Source: an uncultured Acidobacteriota bacterium (lineage in GTDB: Bacteria; Acidobacteriota; Vicinamibacteria; Vicinamibacterales; UBA2999). Taken from it: a stretch of DNA of 64,000 nucleotides. The stretch lies in NCBI GenBank assembly GCA_963802675.1, contig CAWDJL010000001.1:4112-68111 (forward strand). Reading direction: 5' to 3'. Of this stretch, positions 47,492 through 58,007 are shown piece by piece. A model generated the notes under the pieces. The model was not told the DNA's origin. It saw nothing but the letters and a program-made list of their open reading frames with translations, and made no database searches. Position 1 is the stretch's first letter. Every line of letters starts with the position of its first letter. Made by a program: the position numbers and the translations under genes.

Positions 47492-49069
47492 ATGAGGGTG
47501 CTTCTCCTCTCGATGCCCGACTCCTTCGAGCACACTCCGGTGCTGGCCATGCGGATGCCAAACGGCGCGCTTGCCTCGCTGGCGGGTAACGTCGATCGGC
47601 ATCATCAGGTCGCCATCGCCGATCTCGTGCTGGTCCAACAGGCAGTCGCGAGGACGGTCGAACGGCTGATGCACGAGATTCGACCCGACCTGGTCGGGCT
47701 GTCGGTGATGACCTTCCAGCGGCGGACCGCGTTCAAGCTCATCCGCTTGATGCGGCACATCAAGCCGGATGTGCAGATCGTTGCCGGCGGCTACGACCCG
47801 AGCCTGGCGCCCGACGCCTATGAAGCGCCGTCGGCCGGTGTCGACTTTGTGGTACGCGGGGAAGGTGATCTGACGTTCCGTGACCTGCTTCGACACCTCG
47901 AACGCGAATCCACGGTGGACACCGTGCCTCTCATACCAGGCTTGTCCATCAGGCGCGGCGCCGGTTTCGTCCACGGTCCGCCGCGTCACGTCAGTCGATT
48001 GGAGGATGGCTCAATCGCGCCGCCTCGTCGCGACGCCCGCGTCTTGTCGGGCTACACGTTTCTCGGCCGACCCGTCGATGTCGTGGAAACGTCGCGCGGC
48101 TGTACCTACGACTGTAGTTTCTGTTCGATCATCGAAATGCGCGGCCGCAACTTTCACACGCTGACGTTTGACCGCGTGCTCGCGGATATCAGCGATGCAC
48201 GCCGACGTGGTGCGCGTGCGATCTTCCTCGTCGACGACAATCTGACGTTGAACGTGGCACGGTTTGAGGCGCTCTGTCGAGCCATCATCGATGCCCGCCT
48301 CAACGACATTCACTTCATCGTTCAGGCCATGACGTCAGCGATTGCGAATCACGGAGAACGCCTCGCGCCCTTGATGCGGAAGGCAGGATTCCGTTACGTG
48401 TTTCTCGGGATTGAAAACATCATCGAGGACGACCTCGCCTTTCTCAAGGCGTCCGCCAAGAACGCACGGCGCGAAGCGGGTCGGCGCACCGGCAATGCCA
48501 CGATTCGTGCCATCGACCTGCTGCACCGCTCGCGCCTGTACGTCGTGGGCGGCATCATCGTGGGCAATCCAGACGATACCAGCGAGGCGGTTGAGAAGAA
48601 TCTGGCGTTTGCCCGTCGATACGTGGACTGGCCCTACATACAGCATCCGACACCGTATCCTGGCACTCCGATGACGAAGGACTTCGAGCGACGACAGCTG
48701 ATCGTCAACCGTCAGCTCGAGGAATACGACGGCACAACCGCCGTCGTGCGGACCGAACATCTCTCCGCCGATGACATCGAATTCATGCGGTGGCGTGCCG
48801 AACGCTGGATGAAGTTGCGGCACGTTCCTGCCGTCATGCGCGCGTACCCTGGGTTTGTTCTGAACCATGGTCGTCGCATGCTGGCCCATACCTTCCGGGG
48901 CAGCTCGTGGCGATCGGCGCTCGGCCTCGAGGACCAACGAACCGTCTTTGCGCGATACAAGGCGATTCGGCGGGCGGAACGCGAGTATTTGACCCCGTCG
49001 TCTTCGGTTGGCACGCCACGGCCCGGTTACACGGCAGATTGGCGTGCCGCCGACGCACCAGGTGAGTAG
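47492..49069 (+). CDS. B12-binding radical SAM protein
   Basis: N-terminal cobalamin domain (DLVGLS..GGY), ETSRGCTYDCSFC, VDDN, TPYPGT. Confidence 0.9.
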   Translation: MRVLLLSMPDSFEHTPVLAMRMPNGALASLAGNVDRHHQVAIADLVLVQQAVARTVERLMHEIRPDLVGLSVMTFQRRTAFKLIRLMRHIKPDVQIVAGGYDPSLAPDAYEAPSAGVDFVVRGEGDLTFRDLLRHLERESTVDTVPLIPGLSIRRGAGFVHGPPRHVSRLEDGSIAPPRRDARVLSGYTFLGRPVDVVETSRGCTYDCSFCSIIEMRGRNFHTLTFDRVLADISDARRRGARAIFLVDDNLTLNVARFEALCRAIIDARLNDIHFIVQAMTSAIANHGERLAPLMRKAGFRYVFLGIENIIEDDLAFLKASAKNARREAGRRTGNATIRAIDLLHRSRLYVVGGIIVGNPDDTSEAVEKNLAFARRYVDWPYIQHPTPYPGTPMTKDFERRQLIVNRQLEEYDGTTAVVRTEHLSADDIEFMRWRAERWMKLRHVPAVMRAYPGFVLNHGRRMLAHTFRGSSWRSALGLEDQRTVFARYKAIRRAEREYLTPSSSVGTPRPGYTADWRAADAPGE

Positions 49070-49097
49070 AATCAGCCGTCACCCTGAAGGAGGAACC

Positions 49098-50366
49098 ATG
49101 AAGGCTTCGCCAAACGCGTCACTGCGGGTGTTGGGAGCGGCGGTTGCTGTCGCGTGTGCAGGTTTCATGACGAGTCACGCGGCGGTCCCGATGGCCGCGC
49201 CGGAATCCGTCGGATTCTCCAGCGCCGGGCTCAAGACCTTCGAGCAACAGATGCACGCGCTGGTCGACGAGGGTCAGTTGGCTGGTATCACGACACTGGT
49301 ATCGCGTCGCGGCAAGGTCGTCGCGTTCAATGCCCATGGCTACCAGGATCTCGAAGCGAAGACACCGCTGGCGAAAGACACGATCTTCCGGATCGCGTCG
49401 ATGACCAAGCCAATTGCCGGTGTCGCGATGATGATGTTGTTCGAAGAAGGCAAGTGGACACTCGATGATCCAGTCGCCAAACACATTCCGCAGTTCAAGG
49501 ATCTAAAGGTTGCTACCGACGCGGGTCTCGTCGCTCAGTCGCATCCTATGACGATGCGCGAGTTGATGAGTCATACCGCGGGCTTCGACGTCAGCGCCGC
49601 GGAAGCGTACCGGAAAGTCGAGCTCACCTCACGCGACAAGCCGCTGCAGGCAATGATCGACAAGCTGGCCACTATTCCGCTGGCGGTTCAGCCCGGGACC
49701 GACTGGCGATACGGTCCAAGCGTCGATGTCCAGGGCTACATCGTCGAAAAGCTGTCGGGACAAAGTCTCGACGTGTTCTTACAGAAGCGAATTTTCGATC
49801 CCCTCAAGATGAAAGACACGGGCTTCTGGGTGGACAAGGCGAAGCTCGGGCGCGTCACGCGCATCCATACATATGACGCGGACAAGAAGATCACGACGGC
49901 TCCTCGCACCGGCGATCCTTCGGTGAAACCTGTGTTCTTCTCGGGAAGCGGCGGCCTGCTGTCGACGACCGAAGACTACTGGCGCTTCGCGCAAATGCTT
50001 GCGAACGGTGGAGAGCTCGAGGGCGCCCGGCTGCTGAAGCCCGCGACGATCGAGTTGATGCGGAAGAATGTCCTTGCGGACGGCGTCAAGGTCGATACCT
50101 ATGGCCCCGCGCAGGAAGGACTCGGCTTTGGATTGGACTTCGCCATCGTGATGGATCCAGCCGCTGGCGGTCGTCCACAAGGAAAGGGCACCTACTATTG
50201 GGGCGGTGCCTTCGGCACCTGGTTCTGGATCGATCCCGTCAACGACATCATCGTCGTCGGCATGATCCAGAATCTCAATGGCAGCACGCCCGGCCGAGGA
50301 ACGCCCGACCTTCGAGGCAGCTCCGCGAAGCTGGTTTACCAGGCACTGACGGACTCGACGCGGTGA
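49098..50366 (+). CDS. Serine hydrolase, beta-lactamase family
   Basis: Signal peptide, SMTK, LMSHTAG, PGTDWRY, WGGAFGT. Confidence 0.9.
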   Translation: MKASPNASLRVLGAAVAVACAGFMTSHAAVPMAAPESVGFSSAGLKTFEQQMHALVDEGQLAGITTLVSRRGKVVAFNAHGYQDLEAKTPLAKDTIFRIASMTKPIAGVAMMMLFEEGKWTLDDPVAKHIPQFKDLKVATDAGLVAQSHPMTMRELMSHTAGFDVSAAEAYRKVELTSRDKPLQAMIDKLATIPLAVQPGTDWRYGPSVDVQGYIVEKLSGQSLDVFLQKRIFDPLKMKDTGFWVDKAKLGRVTRIHTYDADKKITTAPRTGDPSVKPVFFSGSGGLLSTTEDYWRFAQMLANGGELEGARLLKPATIELMRKNVLADGVKVDTYGPAQEGLGFGLDFAIVMDPAAGGRPQGKGTYYWGGAFGTWFWIDPVNDIIVVGMIQNLNGSTPGRGTPDLRGSSAKLVYQALTDSTR

Positions 50367-50375
50367 GACGGACGA

Positions 50376-50510
50376 GCCACAGAAACACAGAAGCACCAAA
50401 CAACGATAGCCACGAAGGGCACGAAGTCACGAAGCAGAAGCTAGAAATTCTTCGCGTCTTCGAGCCTTCGTGGCAATCTTTAATCCGTTTTCCGTGTTTC
50501 AGTGATCCGT
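50376..50510. repeat. Nested inverted arrays: outer octamers, inner nonamers (CACGAAGNN)x3 / (CTTCGNG)x3
   Basis: Read directly, between convergent genes. Confidence 0.8.
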
Positions 50511-50518
50511 TCGAGTTT

Positions 50519-51445
50519 TCAGCGCAAGCTTCCCGCGCCTTCTTCGAAGCCGTCCAACGCCGCTATCAGTGACAACGGATCGATGGCGACCCCCTGCAGT
50601 CGAACAGTCCAATGCACGTGAGGACCGGTCACGCGTCCGGTCGCGCCAGCGTCGCCCAATTGCTCTCCCGTCTTGACCGTGCCACCTGCCTTGACGGCGA
50701 CTCGTGAAAAGTGGGCGAACAATGACAATAGCCCGCCGCCGTGATCGATGACCACGGTGCGTCCGGAAAAATAGTGATTGGCAACCAACGCGATCCTTCC
50801 GGCGTTTGGTGCCATAACGGGTGTCCCAGTCGATGCGCGAAAGTCCGCGCCCTGGTGTCGTCCGCGCGACACGCCATTGAGGATGCTCAACCGTCCGAAG
50901 CTGCTGGTGGACTGCCCTGGTACCGGTCGTCGGAAGGGTCCGTGCCAGATGCGCTGAGGCGGTGAGCTGGCGAAGACGGCGGCCAGCGTCTCGGATTCCT
51001 TCGTGATCCGGGGCATCATTGACTTCGGTGGGTTGACGAACTGCTCGGCGACTTTCAAGCGCCGGGTGTCGAAGTCTGCAGCGGCAACGGCAATCGCCAC
51101 AGCGCTCGTCGTTGTTTCGCCATCCACCGACGTCGCTCGAAGGGTGATTTCAGAGGCAACTGGTGCGGTCTCGAGCGGGATACCTGCGAGCGCTTGCCAA
51201 CGGGAGGCGCTCTCCTGCCAAACGCTCACCGGGTGATCGAACGCAGTGCCTTCGAGAGCGTCGAGTGGTCGCGACGGCGTGACCGTGAGAAGAACGGCTT
51301 CGCCAGGGTGGAGTGCGCGTGCTCGAGTCGAGACCTCGAGCGTCAGCCTGCCAAACGATGCGCTGTGAAGCCCGACTGCGGTACAGAAGAGCAGACCGAC
51401 TGAAGCGCCCAACAGCGTTCGCCCAGGACGCCCTCTCCTCGCCAT
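50519..51445 (-). CDS. M23 family metallopeptidase
   Basis: HQGAD, DHG, TGPHVHW. Confidence 0.9.
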   Translation of the reverse strand: MARRGRPGRTLLGASVGLLFCTAVGLHSASFGRLTLEVSTRARALHPGEAVLLTVTPSRPLDALEGTAFDHPVSVWQESASRWQALAGIPLETAPVASEITLRATSVDGETTTSAVAIAVAAADFDTRRLKVAEQFVNPPKSMMPRITKESETLAAVFASSPPQRIWHGPFRRPVPGQSTSSFGRLSILNGVSRGRHQGADFRASTGTPVMAPNAGRIALVANHYFSGRTVVIDHGGGLLSLFAHFSRVAVKAGGTVKTGEQLGDAGATGRVTGPHVHWTVRLQGVAIDPLSLIAALDGFEEGAGSLR

Positions 51446-51540
51446 AAGAGTTTCCTCAATCTGTTTCTCGGCGGTCTCAGGCGGAGCCGCTAGTCATTGT
51501 AGCGAGGGTTTCGCTCCGGGGGCGACGACTCGTACGGGTC

Positions 51541-52131
51541 TCACTGTTCGTGGTACTCGCGACGCAGATGCTCGATCACGATGGCCTCACGGCGTGCCCA
51601 GCGACCCAGCACGGTGAGCCAGACGGCCGCCCCGCCGCACATGCCGATCAGCAGCAGCCACGGCCAGGCGGCTCGGTTCGCACCTGGTCCGCTGACCACG
51701 TTGGTTCGGTACCACACCCAGATAGTGAACGCGACGGCTTCGACCGCCAGCAGAGTCCAGCCGGCATAGAGCGCGCGTCGAAACCGGGCGAGCCGGCTCG
51801 CCGAGAGCTCGAGATAGACCGCCGTCGTTTCGGCAGCAGCCTTGAACGACCCTCGCCAATTCCACCACCCAAAGACGAGCAAACCGATGCACGCCACTCC
51901 GACGGTGGCCATGACCGCCCGTTCCAAGAGGTCAACACGCGTCCACCACAGGTAGGTGAGTCCAGTGGCGCCGATCACGGCCACCAATGCTTCAATCACG
52001 AGACTTGTTACCAGCATGCGGCTTCGGCGCCGGACGTACCGCTGCAGCCCATCACCCGCAGGTCGAGCGGTACCGGTGTGCTGCCAGTCGGCCATCCAGC
52101 TCTGAAGTTCTTCGTTGGGATTCGTCATCAT
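51541..52131 (-). CDS. Four-TM membrane protein, putative anti-sigma factor
   Basis: ELQSWMADWQ N-terminus, 4 TM helices, overlaps the ECF sigma stop. Confidence 0.6.
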   Translation of the reverse strand: MMTNPNEELQSWMADWQHTGTARPAGDGLQRYVRRRSRMLVTSLVIEALVAVIGATGLTYLWWTRVDLLERAVMATVGVACIGLLVFGWWNWRGSFKAAAETTAVYLELSASRLARFRRALYAGWTLLAVEAVAFTIWVWYRTNVVSGPGANRAAWPWLLLIGMCGGAAVWLTVLGRWARREAIVIEHLRREYHEQ

Positions 52132-52643
52132 CGTTCCTTGGACACGGTCAGCGCGTCGGTCAACGCCTTGCGGGCGCGGGTGGCCCGCACCGCGACGTTA
52201 CCATCGCTGATCCCCAGCACCTCGCCGATCTCGCGATGGCTGAGTCCTTCGAGCAATAGGAGAATGACTTGCCGGAGTCCGAGAGGCAGCGCGCGAACGG
52301 CTGCCGTGAGCGCCGCACGGCGTTGTTCTCGGCTAGCTGCCTGCTCCGGGTCGGCGTCGCTCGTCGCGATCGGCTGGCCGTCGTCCAAGGGGGCGGTGGC
52401 GCGCAGGCTCCAATGACGGATGTGACTGATGGCGCGATTGTGCGCGACTCGGAGGACGAACGTCCGCTCACTGCACTGGCCCGCAAACGTTGGGAGTGCC
52501 TGCCACACCGCAAGGAGAATCTCCTGCTCCAGGTCCTGCCGGCGACTGGGATCACGTTCATAGCCAAATGTCAGACGGCGTAGAGCGTCGCCATGCTGGT
52601 TCACGATCCGGAGGAACCGCGCGTCGCGGTCCTCCATCATCAA
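52128..52643 (-). CDS. ECF RNA polymerase sigma factor
   Basis: DLEQE..W, TFVLRVAHN (region 2); LEGLSHREIGEVLG (region 4). Confidence 0.9.
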   Translation of the reverse strand: MMMEDRDARFLRIVNQHGDALRRLTFGYERDPSRRQDLEQEILLAVWQALPTFAGQCSERTFVLRVAHNRAISHIRHWSLRATAPLDDGQPIATSDADPEQAASREQRRAALTAAVRALPLGLRQVILLLLEGLSHREIGEVLGISDGNVAVRATRARKALTDALTVSKER

Positions 52644-53812
52644 GCGTGTCCCCTGGCGGTGCGCTCACGGATTAGCAGGCGAGCGGCCACGGCGATTGCA
52701 GCCAGGGCGGCGACCATTGTGGCCGTGGCTGGGAGCAGGATCGCGAGGACGCCAGGCATTCGCCCGGCGAGCACGTCGGTCACCAGCAACTGCTGTGAAA
52801 GGATTGGCGCGATGCGGTGCCACCACCTTTCGGTCAGCGAGCCGAACGCCAACAGGAACCCAGGAATCATGGGGACCAGCAACAGAAGGGAGACCTGCGT
52901 CTGGGCCTCTTTGTAGCTGGTGGCAAATACGGACATCAGCATCTGGAGAGCTGGGGCGAGGAAGGCGAGCGGCACCAGTATCAGAAACACAACCATCGTG
53001 TCGTTCGATGACAAGCCGATCGGCAAGTCGATGGAACGAATCGGTGGCAGCGACAGCACGCCGGCCGTGGTCACGACCATCAGCAGCAGGGTCGCAGCGC
53101 TTACGACTGCCGCAGCACCCCACTTGCCGACGAGTATCGAGTGCGGCGAAACCGGATGGACGAGAAGCGACTCCAACGAGTCGCGTTCACGTTCGCCCGC
53201 AGTCGCATCGATCGCGACGCCCATGCTGCCCGCAAATGCCGCCAGCAACAGAAAGACCGGCAGCATTGCCAACATCCTGCCGGCGCGAGCGGCCGCACTC
53301 GACAAGTCCTTATCGACGACCTTTACGGCGGCGACGACTTCCGGGCTGATACCGCGCACGAGGAGCCGTGTGTCCGCCACCTGCTGGTCGTATGCGTTGA
53401 GCAACCGTCTGAGCCGGTCGGCCTGGGTCACTGAGGCCGACCGAGAGCTATCGTAGAGCAACTCGACCGGAGCGGGTTTGGCAGCCTCGAATCGGGATCC
53501 GTACTCCTCACGAACGACGAGGGCCACCTGCAGGGACTGCGAGCGCACCGCGTCCTCGATACCTCCGGGAGGATCGACGATCGTGACGGAGTGCTGCTTC
53601 AGATAGCCGACCAGCGCGTCGGCCCGTTCAGCGGCATCAATCGCTATCGTCAGAGGCCGGTCAGGTGCACGGTCGCGGGCGATCGCGCTGAGCGCGATAC
53701 CAACGGCAACCGGCGCCCAGAGGGCATACATCGACGCTGAAAGGAGGGACCGCCGATCACGGGCGGCATCCGTGATCTCCTTCCTGAAGACGACCAGGAC
53801 GTGATGCAGCAT
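52640..53812 (-). CDS. ABC-2 permease (NatB-like)
   Basis: KEITDAARDRR, DATAGERERDSLESLL, SYKEAQ. Confidence 0.88.
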   Translation of the reverse strand: MLHHVLVVFRKEITDAARDRRSLLSASMYALWAPVAVGIALSAIARDRAPDRPLTIAIDAAERADALVGYLKQHSVTIVDPPGGIEDAVRSQSLQVALVVREEYGSRFEAAKPAPVELLYDSSRSASVTQADRLRRLLNAYDQQVADTRLLVRGISPEVVAAVKVVDKDLSSAAARAGRMLAMLPVFLLLAAFAGSMGVAIDATAGERERDSLESLLVHPVSPHSILVGKWGAAAVVSAATLLLMVVTTAGVLSLPPIRSIDLPIGLSSNDTMVVFLILVPLAFLAPALQMLMSVFATSYKEAQTQVSLLLLVPMIPGFLLAFGSLTERWWHRIAPILSQQLLVTDVLAGRMPGVLAILLPATATMVAALAAIAVAARLLIRERTARGHA

Positions 53813-54543
53813 TAGTTGAGCCCCTCGGCGGATCCAATCGTTCGAACAAAGGCCTCTTCAAGTGTCGAGGCACCGGTTCGCTCCTGAATGTCTCGCGGAG
53901 TGCCCGTCGCAACCACTTCACCCTTCGCCAGGACGACGATGCGATCGCAGACCGCGCTGATCTCGGGCATCACGTGCGTTGAAACGATCACGGCGCAGCC
54001 CGCTGCCGCCAGTCGTCGGATCTCTGCTCGCACGTCACGCACTCCCAGGACATCAAGCCCATTGGTCGGTTCGTCGAACAGGACATTGGCAGGCTCATGA
54101 ACGAGCGCCCGTGCGAGCGCAACGCGGCGACGTTGGCCCAGTGAAAGCGTTGCGGCGCGACGGCTTGCGAGCCGCGTGAGATCAGCGCGCTCGAGAACGA
54201 TGTTGACTCGTCGATTCAGGTCGAAGCGATTACCGCCGTGCAGCTCCGCCGAATAGAGAAGATGTTCTCGGACCGTCAGTCGGTCGTAGAGTCCCACAAT
54301 TTCCGGTACCACACCCAGGCGCGCTCGGGCCTCGAACGGCCTGCGATGCGCATCGATGTCATCGATCATGACAGTGCCTCGCTCCGGCTTCAGCGCACCG
54401 GTCAGCATGCGAAGCGTGGTGGTCTTGCCCGCGCCGTTCGGACCCAGAAGGCCAGTCACTTCGCCGTTGGCTGCGACAAACGAGACGTCGCTCACGGCGA
54501 CGATGGATCCAAAGGTCTTCCGTAGCCCCCGAAGGGCCATCAT
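53812..54543 (-). CDS. ABC transporter ATP-binding protein (NatA-like)
   Basis: GPNGAGKTT, LSLGQ, FDEPTNGLD, STH. Confidence 0.93.
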   Translation of the reverse strand: MMALRGLRKTFGSIVAVSDVSFVAANGEVTGLLGPNGAGKTTTLRMLTGALKPERGTVMIDDIDAHRRPFEARARLGVVPEIVGLYDRLTVREHLLYSAELHGGNRFDLNRRVNIVLERADLTRLASRRAATLSLGQRRRVALARALVHEPANVLFDEPTNGLDVLGVRDVRAEIRRLAAAGCAVIVSTHVMPEISAVCDRIVVLAKGEVVATGTPRDIQERTGASTLEEAFVRTIGSAEGLN

Positions 54544-56006
54544 GGCCGTCCTCCCGCCATCGACGTGACGAATGGCGGCCGCGCGATGGCAGCAGCACAT
54601 GACGTATCGAGTTCCCGCCATTCGTGGGCGTCGATGAACTCGGCAATCAGTCGAGGAATGCAGCCGCTGAACGAGACGTTGTGACCGCCGCCCGGCGCGA
54701 CGACGTGAAGGCTGTTTGGGAAGTGCTTCCGCATGGCCTCGCCGCGGCTCGGCGGTGTAACCGGATCAAGATCGCCAGAGAGGATCAGCGCCGGAATCTC
54801 GAGAACCGTCTGTTCTGAGAGGCTGTGACCGCGCCCTTTGGGCCACACCCGACAACTCTCGACCCAAAAATCGATTGCGCCGTGGCCGAACGGTGTGTCG
54901 GGGGAGGTCAGGGGCGCCGGATCCCGGCCGACGTCCTCGGAGCACAGAATGGCGAACGTCTGACCGATGGCCATCGTATCGACCGACCAGCTCGATGCGC
55001 GCTCGGCCATTGCGACGATCGGGCCGAGATCACCTAGCCTGGCTTGGTAAATCGCCATCAGAATGCGGCTGGCGTCGAGCGGGGAGTAGATTGCGGCGCG
55101 CAAGACTTCGGTCGCGGCTCGTCGATCGAGCTCGAGTTTCATAGGTGCCGCCGAGCGCGGGTGGCGGACGGTCGCGACCACGGGCCGTCGCTCGAGGTCG
55201 GCGAGCCATTGGCTGATCTCCTCGCGCGGTGATGGAAAGGCCTCGCGACACCCGTGATCCTTCTCGCAGTCGCTGATTAGCCGGTCGAGTGCACGCGCCG
55301 CATCCGTCGGGTACGACCACGGGAAGTCCATGGTCACCGCCACGGCACCATCGAGCACGACTCGCCGGACGAGGTCCGGGAAGGCTGCCGAAAAGACGAG
55401 TGCCGACCGCGTGCCCCAAGACCCTCCCCAGAGATTGACCTGGGCATATCCAAGCTGCTGCAACACGTCACGGAGATCGGCCATCGAGTAGTGGTGCGTG
55501 TAAAAGCGAGGATCTGCGTCGAGACTCGAGAGACACGTCCTGGCCGCATTCGCCGGGTGGCCGCCTCCGAACAGAAGACTGATCGTTGCTTCGTCGCTTC
55601 GGCATTTGAGCGGTGCTGAATCGCCGGTGCCGCGCACGTCGAGGAGCACGATGTCTCGCGTTCGCCGCAGGCGCTGGAAATATCGCGGAACGAGGGGCCC
55701 ATACGCACGAGCTCCCTGGCCGGGACCTCCGGCAAGGATTACAAGGGGATCGGGTCTTGCATCTCTCCCCAGCGCCGGCACCACGGTGAGGCGAAGCTGA
55801 AGGCGACGACCAGTGGCTGAATCGCGATTCTCGAAGACCTCAAACGTGCCACAGAGAACCTCTTCCGCGAGACCTTCCACGTGACAGGGATGCAACGACA
55901 ATGGAGCAGACGACGATTCCGGCGCGATTGCGGTTAGCACCACGCTGCTGATGCCAACGATCAACGCCACAAGGGTTTGCCACAGCCACAACAGCAGACC
56001 GATCAC
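54540..56006 (-). CDS. Secreted alpha/beta hydrolase (TAP-like / peptidase S33)
   Basis: GGPG, DVRGTG, GGSWG nucleophile, DPVTP, GH. Confidence 0.85.
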   Translation of the reverse strand: MIGLLLWLWQTLVALIVGISSVVLTAIAPESSSAPLSLHPCHVEGLAEEVLCGTFEVFENRDSATGRRLQLRLTVVPALGRDARPDPLVILAGGPGQGARAYGPLVPRYFQRLRRTRDIVLLDVRGTGDSAPLKCRSDEATISLLFGGGHPANAARTCLSSLDADPRFYTHHYSMADLRDVLQQLGYAQVNLWGGSWGTRSALVFSAAFPDLVRRVVLDGAVAVTMDFPWSYPTDAARALDRLISDCEKDHGCREAFPSPREEISQWLADLERRPVVATVRHPRSAAPMKLELDRRAATEVLRAAIYSPLDASRILMAIYQARLGDLGPIVAMAERASSWSVDTMAIGQTFAILCSEDVGRDPAPLTSPDTPFGHGAIDFWVESCRVWPKGRGHSLSEQTVLEIPALILSGDLDPVTPPSRGEAMRKHFPNSLHVVAPGGGHNVSFSGCIPRLIAEFIDAHEWRELDTSCAAAIARPPFVTSMAGGRP

Positions 56007-56030
56007 GGTGTGTGTCCTCCTGCCGGGATC

Positions 56031-56057
56031 AGTCGTTAGTCGGCGAAAAACCTTACA
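56031..56057 (-). promoter_or_regulatory. Candidate ECF sigma promoter for the hydrolase-ABC-ECF operon
   Basis: Minus strand TGTAAGG-N14-ACGACT, upstream of an AGGAGG RBS. Confidence 0.35.
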
Positions 56058-56118
56058 CGGGCCGTAGTGTGGTCACACCAAGGCGGGCCTAAACCTCTCG
56101 ACCGTTTGCTACGAAAAG

Positions 56119-56529
56119 ATGATGACAATCATGACAGTCGGACGTGGAATCAAGGTGTATGCCGTTGGGCTTCTCCTGGCCGCTGCCATCGCGTGCAGCC
56201 GCGGGCCACTGCGCGTCGACACCATCCAGCTCGGGCGCGCGCTCAACCCCGACAACAGCGTTGCGAGCCATTGCTCCACCTTCAAGCACAACGAAACCGT
56301 TTACGTGGCTGTGCTCACGACCGACAAGGGCGCGGGCACGATTGGCGCGAAGTGGAGCTATGCCGGCCGGGTGATCGACGAGCCGAAAAAGGAAGTGTCC
56401 TACCGGGGCGCGGCCGCGACTGAGTTTCACCTACAAAGTGCCGGTGGGTTCCCTCCTGGCGACTACAAGGTCGAGATCTTCCTCGACGGTGCCTCGGCGG
56501 GCAGCCGCACGTTTCGCGTCGACCAGTAG
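56119..56529 (+). CDS. Hypothetical lipoprotein, Ig-like
   Basis: Lipobox-like [17 protein letters not shown]. Confidence 0.7.
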   Translation: MMTIMTVGRGIKVYAVGLLLAAAIACSRGPLRVDTIQLGRALNPDNSVASHCSTFKHNETVYVAVLTTDKGAGTIGAKWSYAGRVIDEPKKEVSYRGAAATEFHLQSAGGFPPGDYKVEIFLDGASAGSRTFRVDQ

Positions 56530-56647
56530 CCAGCAGCTTTTTCTGGCCCTGCTCTGGGGCCCTCCGGTGGGCTTGCGCGGTGGGTGGTCTCCCCCGGGGC
56601 GATTCCGTACAACGCCTCGGGGTAACATCGCAAGACTGAGGACATCC

Positions 56648-57871
56648 ATGCGATCTACTCCTGCAGTGTTCATCCAGGCCTTTCTCATTGTCGGTGCGGT
56701 GGTCGTTCAGGTTGGCGCACAACAAGGTGGTGTCGATCCCGCTCCGCCGAACGCTCCAGGCCAGAAGCCGGCTTTTGCTGGACAGAATCGTGCCACGGAG
56801 AACAAGTCGAACGTCGCCTTCGACGTGGTGACCGTTGCCGAAAAACTGGAAAATCCCTGGGCGCTGACGTTCCTCCCTGACGGCAAGATGCTCGTGACCG
56901 AGCGACCGGGACGTCTGCGTGTCGTCGCGTCTGACGGTAAGATCTCAGACCCGGTAGCGGGGCTCCCGGCTGTTGACGCCCGTGGGCAGGGAGGTTTGCT
57001 TGATGTTGCGCTCGACCCTGGCTTCGCGAAGAACGGGTTGATCTATTGGAGTTACGCCGAGCCGCGCGACGGCGGCGTCAATAACACGGCGGTCGCTCGC
57101 GGAAAGCTGGTGGACGATGCGACGGCCCCGCGAGTCGAGAACGTGGAGGTCATCTATCACCAGGCCCCGACGCTCAACTCGAGGCTTCACTTTGGCAGCC
57201 GACTGGTGTTCGGTCGCGACGGAACGTTGTTCGTGACGCAGGGCGACCGGTCGATCACCGAAGGCCGGATGCAATCGCAGAAGATGGACAGTCTGCTCGG
57301 CAAGATCGTTCGCATCAACGCCGACGGGACGATTCCGAAAGACAACCCCTTCGTTGGAAAAGACGGGGTGCGTCCGGAAATCTGGTCGATTGGTCACCGC
57401 AATATCCAGTCGGCCACCTTGCATCCGGCGACCGGCGCGCTCTGGGAGGTGGAGCACGGCACGCGCGGTGGTGATGAGCTCAATCTCGTTCAGAAAGGGA
57501 AAGATTACGGCTGGCCGACCATCGCCTACGGAATCGAATATCGGGGCGGGGCCATTACCGGCGGCATCACGGAGCAGGAGGGCATGGAACAGCCGCGCTA
57601 TTACTGGGATCCCGTGATCGGACCCAGTGGCATGGTGTTCTATACGGGCTCGATGTTCCCCGCCTGGAAGGGAAACTTATTCATCGGCGGTCACCAGACT
57701 CGCGATCTCGTTCGACTCGTCATGGAAGGGGATCGCGTGACCGGTGAAGAGCGACTGCTCACCGATCTGAAGGAACGGATTCGCGACGTTCGCCAGGGAC
57801 CCGAAGGCGCAATCTATGTGGTCACTGACAGCGCAGCCGCGCGCGTGCTGAAATTGCTGCCCGAGAAATGA
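56648..57871 (+). CDS. PQQ-dependent sugar dehydrogenase (YliI/GSDH family)
   Basis: [36 protein letters not shown]. Confidence 0.92.
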   Translation: MRSTPAVFIQAFLIVGAVVVQVGAQQGGVDPAPPNAPGQKPAFAGQNRATENKSNVAFDVVTVAEKLENPWALTFLPDGKMLVTERPGRLRVVASDGKISDPVAGLPAVDARGQGGLLDVALDPGFAKNGLIYWSYAEPRDGGVNNTAVARGKLVDDATAPRVENVEVIYHQAPTLNSRLHFGSRLVFGRDGTLFVTQGDRSITEGRMQSQKMDSLLGKIVRINADGTIPKDNPFVGKDGVRPEIWSIGHRNIQSATLHPATGALWEVEHGTRGGDELNLVQKGKDYGWPTIAYGIEYRGGAITGGITEQEGMEQPRYYWDPVIGPSGMVFYTGSMFPAWKGNLFIGGHQTRDLVRLVMEGDRVTGEERLLTDLKERIRDVRQGPEGAIYVVTDSAAARVLKLLPEK

Positions 57872-57875
57872 CGTC

Positions 57876-58000
57876 GCCACGAAGGGCACGAAGACACGAA
57901 AAGCATTTGGCTGCTGTTGTTCTTCGTGCCTTCGTGATCTTCGTGGCTAGCGTCTCTGTGCTTCCGCGCTTCCGTGTTTCCGTGCTTCGGTGTTTCCGTG
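57876..58000. repeat. Inverted nonamer arrays (CACGAAGNN)x3 / (CTTCGTG)x3 followed by about 6 YTTCCGTG octamers
   Basis: Read directly, between convergent genes. Confidence 0.85.
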
Positions 58001-58007
58001 TGGATCC

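Noticed and set aside
49098-50366. Clinical beta-lactamase
   Set aside because: Generic SxxK serine hydrolase with WGG in place of KTG
56591-56622. GC-rich hairpin as an ncRNA
   Set aside because: Short imperfect stem with no family signature; at most a terminator
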